DNA from: Candidatus Omnitrophota bacterium
GTDB lineage: Bacteria; Omnitrophota; Gorgyraeia; Zapsychrales; JANLHA01
Reading direction: 5' to 3'
DNA: 64,000 nucleotides
NCBI GenBank assembly: GCA_020632535.1
Contig: JACKFJ010000005.1
Span: 200-64,199, forward strand
Shown here: positions 48,701 through 57,287 of the stretch, one piece after another
How the letters are laid out: the number at the start of each line of letters is the position of its first letter
Numbering within the stretch: the stretch's first letter is position 1
Position numbers and translations under genes: made by a program
Notes under the pieces: generated by a model
Database searches by the model: none
Seen by the model: only the letters and a program-made list of their open reading frames with translations
What the model was told of the DNA's origin: nothing

Positions 48701-49125
48701 GGATCATCGCTCCACACATAATAATTTCTCAGTGCCGAACCCGGCTTCGCCATTCTCGCTTTTTGAAACCAATCGTGTTGATCAGAAGTGTGATTAATCA
48801 CCAATTCCGTAATCACGCGAATCCCGCGCGAATGAGCTTCATTTAAAAATTCTTTAAAATCCTTAATCGTCCCGTATTGCGGATGAACAGCAAAATAATC
48901 AGCGATATCATAGCCATCATCCCGTAAGGGTGACGGATAAAATGGTAAAACCCAAACCGCGGTAACTCCCAACTTCTGCAGATGATCTAACTTTTGCGTC
49001 AATCCGGGAATATCGCCAATACCATCAGCATTGCTATCATAAAAAGATTTGATATGAACTTGATAAATAATCGCGTCTTTGTACCACAAGAGATCGTCTT
49101 TAAATTTCTTGGTCTTTTTTGCCAT
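45793..49125 (-). CDS. treS: trehalose synthase fused to maltokinase (TreS-Pep2/Mak)
   Basis: N-terminal GH13 part: [26 protein letters not shown] and [13 protein letters not shown]. C-terminal kinase part: [27 protein letters not shown]. The ATG at 49125 has a GGGAG SD. The longest ORF starts at 49167. Confidence 0.9.
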   Translation of the reverse strand: [1110 protein letters not shown]

Positions 49126-49167
49126 GTTATCTCCCAAATGATTAAAGTAATGCCGCAACAATAACAA

Positions 49168-51123
49168 TTATTTGATACAAAAGATGTGGGCTGGAATTTT
49201 ATATGGATTTAACTCCACAAAATTCCAATCTCCATTCCAAATATATTCATCACGAGTCAACAAATCCTTAATTTTATATGGCTTGTCATATGGTATTCCC
49301 CATTCATGCAGAGGAACTTTAATCATGCCGCTCTGTGTATTCGAAGAATCCAAATTCACAACAACCAAAATAATATTTTTATAATCCGGTGACGTCTTGA
49401 CATAAGCGATTAACTGATCATTATTGACATCACAAAACTGAACATTCCAAGTTGTTTGCAAAGCAACATTTTCTTTGCGAATTTTATTCACGCGAGTCAT
49501 TAAATCTTTCAGATTCCCTGGCGCATCCCAATCCCACTTCTTAATTTCATATTTCTCTGATTCGAAATACTCTTCCTTTTCAACAACAGCATCTTTAACA
49601 CACAAATCAAATGCCGGTCCATAAATCCCATAATTGGAAGACAACGTTGCCGCGAGAACAAAGCGACTGATAAACGCCGGCCGACCACCACTTTGCAAAT
49701 GATACGGCAGAATATCCGGCGTATTCGGCCAAAAATTTGGACGAAAATATTCCCGCGATTCCGTCCGAGTTAATTCATTGACATATTCAATAAGATCCGA
49801 CTTCATTGGGCGCCATGTAAAATACGTGTACGACTGATGAAAGCCCAACTTGGCTAATTGCTTCATAATGTTAGGTCGAGTAAATGCTTCAGCAAGAAAT
49901 ATGACATCGCGATGCTTTTTACGGATTTCTCGGATCATCCATGCCCAAAACGCGAATGGTTTGGTATGCGGATTATCAACACGAAAAATCTTAACACCTT
50001 TGTCAATCCAAAAATCGACCACACTTTTTAATTCGTCCCATAATTCCGCCGAATTCTCACAATAGAAATTAATGGGGTACACATCTTCATATTTCTTGGG
50101 TGGGTTTTCGGCATATTGGATACTACCATCAGGTCGTTTGAAAAACCATTCTGGATGTTCCTTGACATAAGGATGATCCGGAGAACACTGATAGGCTAAA
50201 TCAAGTGCAATATTAATTCCCAAAGATTCTGCGGTTCGAACCAACTTTTGAAAATCTTCCATCTTCCCAAGCTGAGAATGAATCGCCTTATGACCGCCGT
50301 CTTTATTGCCAATGGCCCACGGACTCCCCGGGTCTCCCGTTTTTCCAGTACGAGCATTATTTCTCCCTTTTCGATTCGTATCGCCAATCGGATGAATCGG
50401 CGGGAAATAAACGACATCAAAGCCCATACGAGCAATGACGGGCAAAATGCTCTCGGCGTCCTTGAATGTTCCATGAGCGCCATTCTTACCAAATGATCGC
50501 GGGAAAAATTCATACCAGCTGCTTACCAACGCCTTTTGCGGCTCAACATGAACCTTTAATGTTTTTTCATAACTGACACATGTTGACGACGCAGGAATCT
50601 CTTGCGTAAGTTTTAAGAGTTCTTCGCTTAAAAGCAATTTTTGCGTTTCAGCAGAACTAGACGATTTTCGAATCTGCCCTCTCAAAACATCAAAACGCTT
50701 TACTGCCTTTTCTTTTCCCGATATTGCCTCTAAATATTGAATTCCCGCGAGAATATCAACAGTAACATCTTGCCCTGCATCTATTTTCTTTCGAAAATCA
50801 ATTTGCCAAGTTTCGAAATCATTAACCCACGCCTGCAACGAATATTCATAATCCACATCATGCGTAATCACCAATTCACCCTGCCAACGATCATTTCCGA
50901 TTGCAATCATTGACACTGTTGTCCACGTTGTATCCCCACATTTGCGGTACAGCAAAAAAGCGTTAACACTATTATGTCCTTCGGTGTAAATATCCGCCTC
51001 AACACAAACAACCTCATGAACAATCCTCTTAATTGGAAACAAACCTCCATCAATTTCCGGAGAAACATGTTCAATAATAACTCTAGGCAACAATTGCTTT
51101 GCTTTGTCTACGGCTGTCGTCAT
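49168..51123 (-). CDS. glgE: alpha-1,4-glucan:maltose-1-phosphate maltosyltransferase
   Basis: VKIFRVDNPHTKPFAFWAWMI signature, N-terminal RVIIEHVSPEIDGGLFPIKR and GH13-like core. Start is ATG 51123 or GTG 51132. Confidence 0.9.
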   Translation of the reverse strand: MTTAVDKAKQLLPRVIIEHVSPEIDGGLFPIKRIVHEVVCVEADIYTEGHNSVNAFLLYRKCGDTTWTTVSMIAIGNDRWQGELVITHDVDYEYSLQAWVNDFETWQIDFRKKIDAGQDVTVDILAGIQYLEAISGKEKAVKRFDVLRGQIRKSSSSAETQKLLLSEELLKLTQEIPASSTCVSYEKTLKVHVEPQKALVSSWYEFFPRSFGKNGAHGTFKDAESILPVIARMGFDVVYFPPIHPIGDTNRKGRNNARTGKTGDPGSPWAIGNKDGGHKAIHSQLGKMEDFQKLVRTAESLGINIALDLAYQCSPDHPYVKEHPEWFFKRPDGSIQYAENPPKKYEDVYPINFYCENSAELWDELKSVVDFWIDKGVKIFRVDNPHTKPFAFWAWMIREIRKKHRDVIFLAEAFTRPNIMKQLAKLGFHQSYTYFTWRPMKSDLIEYVNELTRTESREYFRPNFWPNTPDILPYHLQSGGRPAFISRFVLAATLSSNYGIYGPAFDLCVKDAVVEKEEYFESEKYEIKKWDWDAPGNLKDLMTRVNKIRKENVALQTTWNVQFCDVNNDQLIAYVKTSPDYKNIILVVVNLDSSNTQSGMIKVPLHEWGIPYDKPYKIKDLLTRDEYIWNGDWNFVELNPYKIPAHIFCIK

Positions 51124-51154
51124 TATTAGCACCTGCCTTTTCTAAAAAGTTCCC

Positions 51155-51751
51155 CTACGATTGAATTCCACGAATAAAAATATCCCAAAGCGATTCCATT
51201 TTATTAAGCGGAAAAACGGTATAGTTTGTTAACGCGTAAAGAATAATACATGTTTGAATAAGTCCAAAAAAAGCAAGACTGGCTGCTTCTAGGTCAGTAT
51301 CACCGCGAATATTCTTTTTCGTTTTGGCGACTTCTAAAATCTCCTTAATTTGAGATTGATAATTTTTAACAACTTCAAGAACCCTCTTAGTTAGAACTTT
51401 ATCTTGAAAATGAATCGATTCCGACGTGATTGCAAAGAAAATCCCCTTCTTTCTTTCTGAAAGCAATAGATGAGCGCGCATAATCTCTTTTAATTGGTCT
51501 AATGGCGCGGATTGCAGGGAAATAGAATTTTTTATGCCTTCGATTAATGTTCCTTCAAAATCCTCAATCAAGGCGGTTAAAATGGCACGCTTATTCTTAA
51601 AATGCCGATACAGCGCCGGTTCAGAAAGCTTCATTTTGGTAGAAAGGTTCTTAATCGTCAAAGCCTTGGTGCCCTGATGAACAATCAAGTCGCGCGCGAT
51701 ATCGATGATTTCTTTTTTACGAATGTCTGTGGATTTTTTAGTCATAATCAT
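51155..51751 (-). CDS. TetR family transcriptional regulator
   Basis: N-terminal HTH (TIKNLSTKMKLSEPALYRHFKNKRAIL), 198 aa. First gene of the glucan/trehalose operon, with a 22-31 nt gap to glgE. Confidence 0.9.
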   Translation of the reverse strand: MIMTKKSTDIRKKEIIDIARDLIVHQGTKALTIKNLSTKMKLSEPALYRHFKNKRAILTALIEDFEGTLIEGIKNSISLQSAPLDQLKEIMRAHLLLSERKKGIFFAITSESIHFQDKVLTKRVLEVVKNYQSQIKEILEVAKTKKNIRGDTDLEAASLAFFGLIQTCIILYALTNYTVFPLNKMESLWDIFIRGIQS

Positions 51752-51779
51752 GTTAGTTAGCGTTAACTAACATGATTAT
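51744..51779. promoter_or_regulatory. 36-bp palindromic operator (candidate TetR site)
   Basis: Perfect 16-bp arms ATAATCATGTTAGTTA (51744..51759) / TAACTAACATGATTAT (51764..51779) with a 4-nt spacer. It spans the -10 box, the predicted TSS and the tetR start codon. Confidence 0.65.
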
Positions 51780-51802
51780 ATAGAAGAATGGGGTTTTGTC
51801 AA
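51775..51802 (-). promoter_or_regulatory. consensus sigma70-type promoter of the tetR-glgE operon
   Basis: Minus strand reads TTGACA (51802..51797), a 16-nt spacer, then TATAAT (51780..51775). Both hexamers are perfect consensus. Confidence 0.7.
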
Positions 51803-51873
51803 GCGGAACAAACACCTTCATGGCCTGTCTTTCGTGAACAACTTGTTTATTTCAATCTTGCGGTCAACCACCG

Positions 51874-54800
51874 TCAAAAATGAAGCGTCGCAACATTACC
51901 GGTCAAACTATTATTACCATCATCCGCTTCCCTCTGCGTCTGAGTAAAATCAGCGATAGCACCCCAATAATATGTCCCAACAGGCAATGATGTCGGAATC
52001 GTCACAGTGACGGTGCCAGTAGATGATGCCCCCACCACAAGACTCGAAATATACCGAGCCCCTAAACGAATATCGCTCGTCGTAATTTCGGAATCCGCAG
52101 AAAGATACACACCAACGTAACTCGCGCCAATCGATGCAATCCCTTGATTTTTCACAGTTATGGCAACTGTTACCGATTCGCCATTGATCATTTCATTCGA
52201 TCCATTAACACTTGTCATCACCAAATCACCACCAGCACTGACAAGAATCGTGTTTCCAGCTAACACATTATTATTTTCATCCGATTCTGATTGCGTCTGC
52301 GTAAAATCAGCAATAACACCCCAATAATACGTTCCCGGCATTAAATTCACAGGAATCCCAAAACTCGCGCTACCGCTATTCGATGCTCCAGCGGCCAAGT
52401 TTTGAACAAAACGCGCTCCCAAACGAAAATCATTTGCCGTAATCACTGGATCAACCGAAAGATAATAGCCCACATAATGACCGCCAATAGTACTAGTTCC
52501 TTGATTTTTGATAGTATCGTTAATCGTGACCACCTGACCTGTCGCACCAATTGCCGGTCCACTCATAGCAATCATCGTCAAATCCGCACCTGGAGTTATA
52601 ACAATGGTATTACCGACAATCGTATTATTCCCTTCATCACTCTCTGGTTGTGTTTGAGTAAAATCAGCAATAGCACCCCAATAATATGTTCCCCCCGGTA
52701 AACTCGAAGGAATAGTGACACTAAAACTACCGACAGACGAAGCCCCAACCGCCAAACCCGAAATATAACGCGATCCTAAACGCGTATCCGCAACTGTAAT
52801 CTGCGGATCCGCTGAAAGATAATACCCAACATAATGCGCGCCTATTGCGCTTGTTCCCTGATTTAATACAGTATCGCTAACCGTAACCACCTGATTTGTC
52901 GAACCGCTCGCTGGCCCGCTAACAACAGTCATTTTTAAATCAGCACCGGGAGTAACGACAACCGTACTGCCGAGCATAGAGTTATTGCTTTCATCCGCTT
53001 CGGTTTGCGATTGAGTATGATCCGCAATAGCGCCCCAGTAATATGTTCGTGCTCTTATGTCCGACGGAATTGTCACATTAACATTGCCGTTAGAAGAGGC
53101 ACCTGCCGCGAGACCCGCCACATAGCGATTTCCAACCAAAATATCGCTCGTTGTAATCACATCATCTTCTGAAAAATAATATCCCACATAATGAGCGCCG
53201 ATTGGCATAAGTCCTTGATTTTTCACAGAGTCCGTGAGAGTCACAGTCTGACCGCCAGAAGCATGTGTTGTTCCAACGAATGAGGTCATCGTCAAATCCG
53301 CGCTGGTAGACAATACAACGCTATTTCCACTTGTCGCGTTATTGCTCTCATCTGATTCCGGTTGCGAAAAAGTCGAATCGACGATCGCGCCCCAATAATA
53401 TGTCCCTAACGCTAATGTTGACGGAATCGTCAACGTAATACCACCGGCGATTGATGCTCCAGCCGCAAGACCACCCACGTAACGATTACCGATAAGAATA
53501 TCACTATCGGTAATTTCTGAATCCGTCGAAAGATAATAATTAATATAATTTGCTCCAACCGATGCTGTTCCTTGATTCTTTACAGTATCAGTTAAGGTCA
53601 CACTTTGTCCCGGTAAAACCGCTGCCGGTCCATTAATGTCCAATACAATTAAGTCCGCCCCAGCGCTTACGGTAACACTATTTCCTAAAAAGGAATTGTT
53701 ATTTTCATTTTGTTCAATACGAAAATTGGTGTAATCCGCAATAGCTCCAAGATAATATGACGCTGGCGCGATATTGCTGGGAACGACAAAAGTCGTCGCG
53801 GCACTGCTGCTTGCGCCACCATCAAGAGCGGGAATTACTCGTGTCCCCAAAAGCACATCCGACGTCGTAATATTTTCGTCATACGATAAATAATACGATG
53901 TAAGAAAGATAGCGCCACGCGCAGCACTGCTATTCTTAACCGTACTATTGACAATTAATGGATTGCCGATTTTGACATCATTCAATGAACTTAAAGCCGT
54001 AATCTCAAAATCCGGAGCGGCCAAAGTCGCGCTTAACTCATTAGATTCCTGAGCAAGATCACCACTGTATTTCGCAACAACGATAAAATAATATGTCGCA
54101 CCATTAATCAATCCCGATATCGTCGCAGTATTGACGGCGGGCAAATCTATAAAATTCCAATAAATTCCCGAATCATTTCCATATTTAACGGTATAGCCGG
54201 TCACAGCTACCACATTATTCCAATTTAAAATGACCTGCCCATCTCCTCCAACAACTGATATCAGAGTAGGAGCCGCCGGCAAAGTCGTATTGGCCACTGT
54301 CACCGCTGTGGAAGCTGTTCCCAAATTTCCTTCCTCATCACGGGCAATTGCTGTTAACGTGTGCATGCCATCAGAGACACTTGTTGTATCCCAAACCATC
54401 GAATACGGGGCGGTGATATCTTCGTCGCCTAAATTACTTCCGTCTAATTGAAATTGCACGCCCGCAACTCCAATATTATCCGTAGCATTGACAGAAAAAA
54501 TAACATCAGTTCCACGAACAACCGCATTATTCTCCGGCGCACTAATCGTGACAGTCGGCGGATTCTTATCTTCTAAAAACAATTGTTGAAAAGTCGTGTA
54601 AACCTGCCGCGGCAACATAATATCCGGATAACCCAACCGAGCATCTTTGGCAATTGCCATAATCCCCCACCATTCTTCATTAAAGAAATGATCTGCCGCC
54701 GGAGGATTCCAATCAATCACTCCATCCCGAGGGCAAGAATTGTCTTGCGGCCCAAAACCATAATAATTTTGAACAAGGTTGCATCCCCCGGGACCATTCG

Positions 54801-55986
54801 CGGTTGTCGTCGGGTCATTGTCAATCTCACATAACCACGCGTATGGCTTCCACCATTCATCAGAATAATTCATAACCGTGCCGCCGATACTTTGCTGATT
54901 CAAGTAAGCAGCTTTAATTTCTTGCCACAATGCCCCATCACGAGTCGCCTGAAGCGCCTGATCCTCATATCCATCAGCCGGATTATTGACATCCGTCACA
55001 TGCCACGCATCTTCTCCATATTCTGATAACCAAAAAGCCTTACCTGAACGAACGTTAAAATTCTGGAACAAATCAGTAAAACCAATTCCCCGATAAACAT
55101 TCGCGCCCCAAATATCGATGTCGCTTAAATCCGCGTCGCTTGTCCCAAGCTCAGAATTACCAATATTCTGAATATCGCCATTGACAATAGCTACAGGATG
55201 ATAAAATGCTCCTTCGATCAGACGAGCTTCTTGCGCCATTTCCTGAATCAAAGAATAAAACGCGACACTTTGTGCTTTGCCCTGCGGCGTCTGCTCATCA
55301 AAGCCTAAATTATTTTCGTTACCAATGGCCCAAAAAAGAAGCGCGGGGTGATCTTTAAATTCAAGGACGTACGCTCTAAATCGATTGATGATATCGCTGC
55401 GCAAATAAGGATCATTAAAATCAACGCTGATTTGATATCGCGCGGCAGTCGCGTTTTGATCACATTGCCAAGAGCCCGGCCATGGCATTTCGAAGCCAGC
55501 GATAATCTTTAATCCGTAAGTCTCTGCTAAATCAAATGTTTGAGCTGTGAGATAATTCGGGAAACGAGTAATATCCGCATAATGCAAGTACCACGGAGAG
55601 CGTGGATTTTGGGTATCGGCAAAAGTGACTTGTGTATTATTTCCTTTCCAAAACCGTACAACATTGGCATTCATAGTTTTTAACAAAGCAAAATCCCGAT
55701 TCAAGACTGCGGGATCATCATAAAGATTTTTAGGCCGAGGATCGGCAGGACTAGGATAGCCCCAATCATCGCTATAACGACCAATTGGCGTCGGAGAATA
55801 TGCCACACCTTTAATCAGATAAGGCGTGTAATTTCCATCGCGGTCAAAATCAACCAATAATTGACGATTTTGAACTTTGACGTTTTGATAGGGTGTTGTG
55901 GCGGCTAAAGCAAAATGACTTTCGAAAAAGAAAACCAAAAGAAAGAACAAGCCGCTAATCAACTTATTTCGGGATATTAATGTCAT
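51874..55986 (-). CDS. secreted clan GH-A glycosidase (GH2-type TIM barrel) - Ig-like - FN3 - 6x CARDB repeat protein
   Basis: Signal peptide. KDHPALLFWAIGNENN and AFWLSEYGEDAW are candidate catalytic Glu motifs. An Ig-like domain (PPTVTISAPENNAVV..) and an FN3 (ISVVGGDGQVILNWN..) follow, then six ~119-aa CARDB-like repeats (GADL..VKNQG..YYLS..ITxxD..G.R....LAAGAS...TIP..L..GTYYWGAIAD...Q.E.DE.NN). Confidence 0.85.
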   Translation of the reverse strand: MTLISRNKLISGLFFLLVFFFESHFALAATTPYQNVKVQNRQLLVDFDRDGNYTPYLIKGVAYSPTPIGRYSDDWGYPSPADPRPKNLYDDPAVLNRDFALLKTMNANVVRFWKGNNTQVTFADTQNPRSPWYLHYADITRFPNYLTAQTFDLAETYGLKIIAGFEMPWPGSWQCDQNATAARYQISVDFNDPYLRSDIINRFRAYVLEFKDHPALLFWAIGNENNLGFDEQTPQGKAQSVAFYSLIQEMAQEARLIEGAFYHPVAIVNGDIQNIGNSELGTSDADLSDIDIWGANVYRGIGFTDLFQNFNVRSGKAFWLSEYGEDAWHVTDVNNPADGYEDQALQATRDGALWQEIKAAYLNQQSIGGTVMNYSDEWWKPYAWLCEIDNDPTTTANGPGGCNLVQNYYGFGPQDNSCPRDGVIDWNPPAADHFFNEEWWGIMAIAKDARLGYPDIMLPRQVYTTFQQLFLEDKNPPTVTISAPENNAVVRGTDVIFSVNATDNIGVAGVQFQLDGSNLGDEDITAPYSMVWDTTSVSDGMHTLTAIARDEEGNLGTASTAVTVANTTLPAAPTLISVVGGDGQVILNWNNVVAVTGYTVKYGNDSGIYWNFIDLPAVNTATISGLINGATYYFIVVAKYSGDLAQESNELSATLAAPDFEITALSSLNDVKIGNPLIVNSTVKNSSAARGAIFLTSYYLSYDENITTSDVLLGTRVIPALDGGASSSAATTFVVPSNIAPASYYLGAIADYTNFRIEQNENNNSFLGNSVTVSAGADLIVLDINGPAAVLPGQSVTLTDTVKNQGTASVGANYINYYLSTDSEITDSDILIGNRYVGGLAAGASIAGGITLTIPSTLALGTYYWGAIVDSTFSQPESDESNNATSGNSVVLSTSADLTMTSFVGTTHASGGQTVTLTDSVKNQGLMPIGAHYVGYYFSEDDVITTSDILVGNRYVAGLAAGASSNGNVNVTIPSDIRARTYYWGAIADHTQSQTEADESNNSMLGSTVVVTPGADLKMTVVSGPASGSTNQVVTVSDTVLNQGTSAIGAHYVGYYLSADPQITVADTRLGSRYISGLAVGASSVGSFSVTIPSSLPGGTYYWGAIADFTQTQPESDEGNNTIVGNTIVITPGADLTMIAMSGPAIGATGQVVTINDTIKNQGTSTIGGHYVGYYLSVDPVITANDFRLGARFVQNLAAGASNSGSASFGIPVNLMPGTYYWGVIADFTQTQSESDENNNVLAGNTILVSAGGDLVMTSVNGSNEMINGESVTVAITVKNQGIASIGASYVGVYLSADSEITTSDIRLGARYISSLVVGASSTGTVTVTIPTSLPVGTYYWGAIADFTQTQREADDGNNSLTGNVATLHF
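51877..54018 (-). repeat. six tandem 357-bp coding repeats (CARDB units)
   Basis: The motif CCCCAATAATA (or a near variant) recurs at 51962, 52319, 52676, 53033, 53390 and 53747, an exact 357-bp period. Confidence 0.85.
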
Positions 55987-56156
55987 TAAAAATAACCTCT
56001 GCGAAATAGTAGAGTTTATAGACTACATTGTTGCTTTTATGGGAAAGATTGCATCCGAAGCTGGGAGAATCCCTGATGACGCTTTATGCTAGCATGGTTG
56101 GACATTATTAGTCAAGCACAGTACGCTCTCTACGATGAAGAAACCAGTATCATAAC

Positions 56157-57254
56157 CTACTTTTCGAGGGGCGCCTTCTTCACAATATTAGAAGCGGCAC
56201 TGCGAAACCATTCATTGTCCTGTCCCGCCCCCCAATATAACGTACGATGCGGAAACGGAATTTCAATCCCTAATTCATCAAATCGGTTCTTAATGCGGCG
56301 ACGTAATTCACGAGCCACTTCAAACTGTTTTGACGGTAACGTTTTGATTCGAAATTTTATCGTGACCTGTGACTCAGCAAAATCATCAACACCCTGCATT
56401 TCTAAATCGTCGATAATTAATTTACCAAAATACGCATCCTGACGAATTTCCTTTCCAATCTCTCTAATCACATCCATTACCCGGTCAACATTCTCCTTAT
56501 ACGCAATCCCGATCGAAAGAACTGCGCGCGAAAAATCTTTTGTTAAATTAACAACCGTCTTAATTTCTCCATTAGGAACAATAATCACGCGACCTTCCGC
56601 ATCTCGCAAAACAGTAATACGTAAATTTATACTTTCCACAACACCGGCATACTCACCAATTTTAACAATGTCATTAACACCATAATGCCCTTCTAAAAGA
56701 ATAAAAATCCCATTGATCAGGTCACGAATCAAATATTGCCCACCAAACCCAAAAGCTAAACCAACGATCCCCGCACCTGCCAACAATGGAGCAACATTAA
56801 AACCTATATTTTCTAATGCCATATAGAGGATCGCACAAATAATTGCTAAAGAACCAATCCAATTAAACAGGCGAACAATTGTCTTGATTCGAAGCGTTTG
56901 GTCACTTTCCCGTATCACTCCCTTTTCAGAAATAAAATCTTCGAATTTCTTCAAACTAAACTTTAACAAAATAAAGAATATAATTCCGATAACTATTAAA
57001 ATGCCTGTATTAATTATTTTTGTCATAAGCGAGCGCTCAACAACGACATTCTCGTGCTTCATGTCCTCAATCTTTTGTTCCAATTCATCAATACGCGACT
57101 TATTGACCTCAACAGTAGCACTTTCCGAAATCACAGATGTCAATGCTGACGATTGGGTAGCGTTAATAGGATCTTTCGCAAAAGACAAATCATGAACAAC
57201 CGCAATTGAAAGTACAATCTGAAGCATGACAATAAAATAAAATTTTCTCCTCAC
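56157..57254 (-). CDS. mechanosensitive ion channel (MscS family)
   Basis: Signal/TM at the N-terminus, three TM helices, and an MscS beta-domain motif (GVNDIVKIGEYAGVVESINLRITVLRDAEGRVIIVPNGEI). Confidence 0.9.
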   Translation of the reverse strand: MRRKFYFIVMLQIVLSIAVVHDLSFAKDPINATQSSALTSVISESATVEVNKSRIDELEQKIEDMKHENVVVERSLMTKIINTGILIVIGIIFFILLKFSLKKFEDFISEKGVIRESDQTLRIKTIVRLFNWIGSLAIICAILYMALENIGFNVAPLLAGAGIVGLAFGFGGQYLIRDLINGIFILLEGHYGVNDIVKIGEYAGVVESINLRITVLRDAEGRVIIVPNGEIKTVVNLTKDFSRAVLSIGIAYKENVDRVMDVIREIGKEIRQDAYFGKLIIDDLEMQGVDDFAESQVTIKFRIKTLPSKQFEVARELRRRIKNRFDELGIEIPFPHRTLYWGAGQDNEWFRSAASNIVKKAPLEK

Positions 57255-57287
57255 ACTTTCCTCATTTCAATAATGTTAATAACTGTT

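Noticed and set aside
51877-54018. Regular tandem repeats could be mistaken for a CRISPR-like or satellite array.
   Set aside because: The period is 357 bp, exactly 119 codons, and lies entirely inside one long ORF that translates to CARDB-like domains. There are no short repeat/spacer units.
56041-56082. Possible third copy of the REP-like element upstream of the CARDB gene. It shares AAAGATTGC and GATGACG with the 61.7-61.8 kb elements.
   Set aside because: Only a 9-mer and a 7-mer are shared, which could easily occur by chance in 64 kb, and no comparable hairpin is present.
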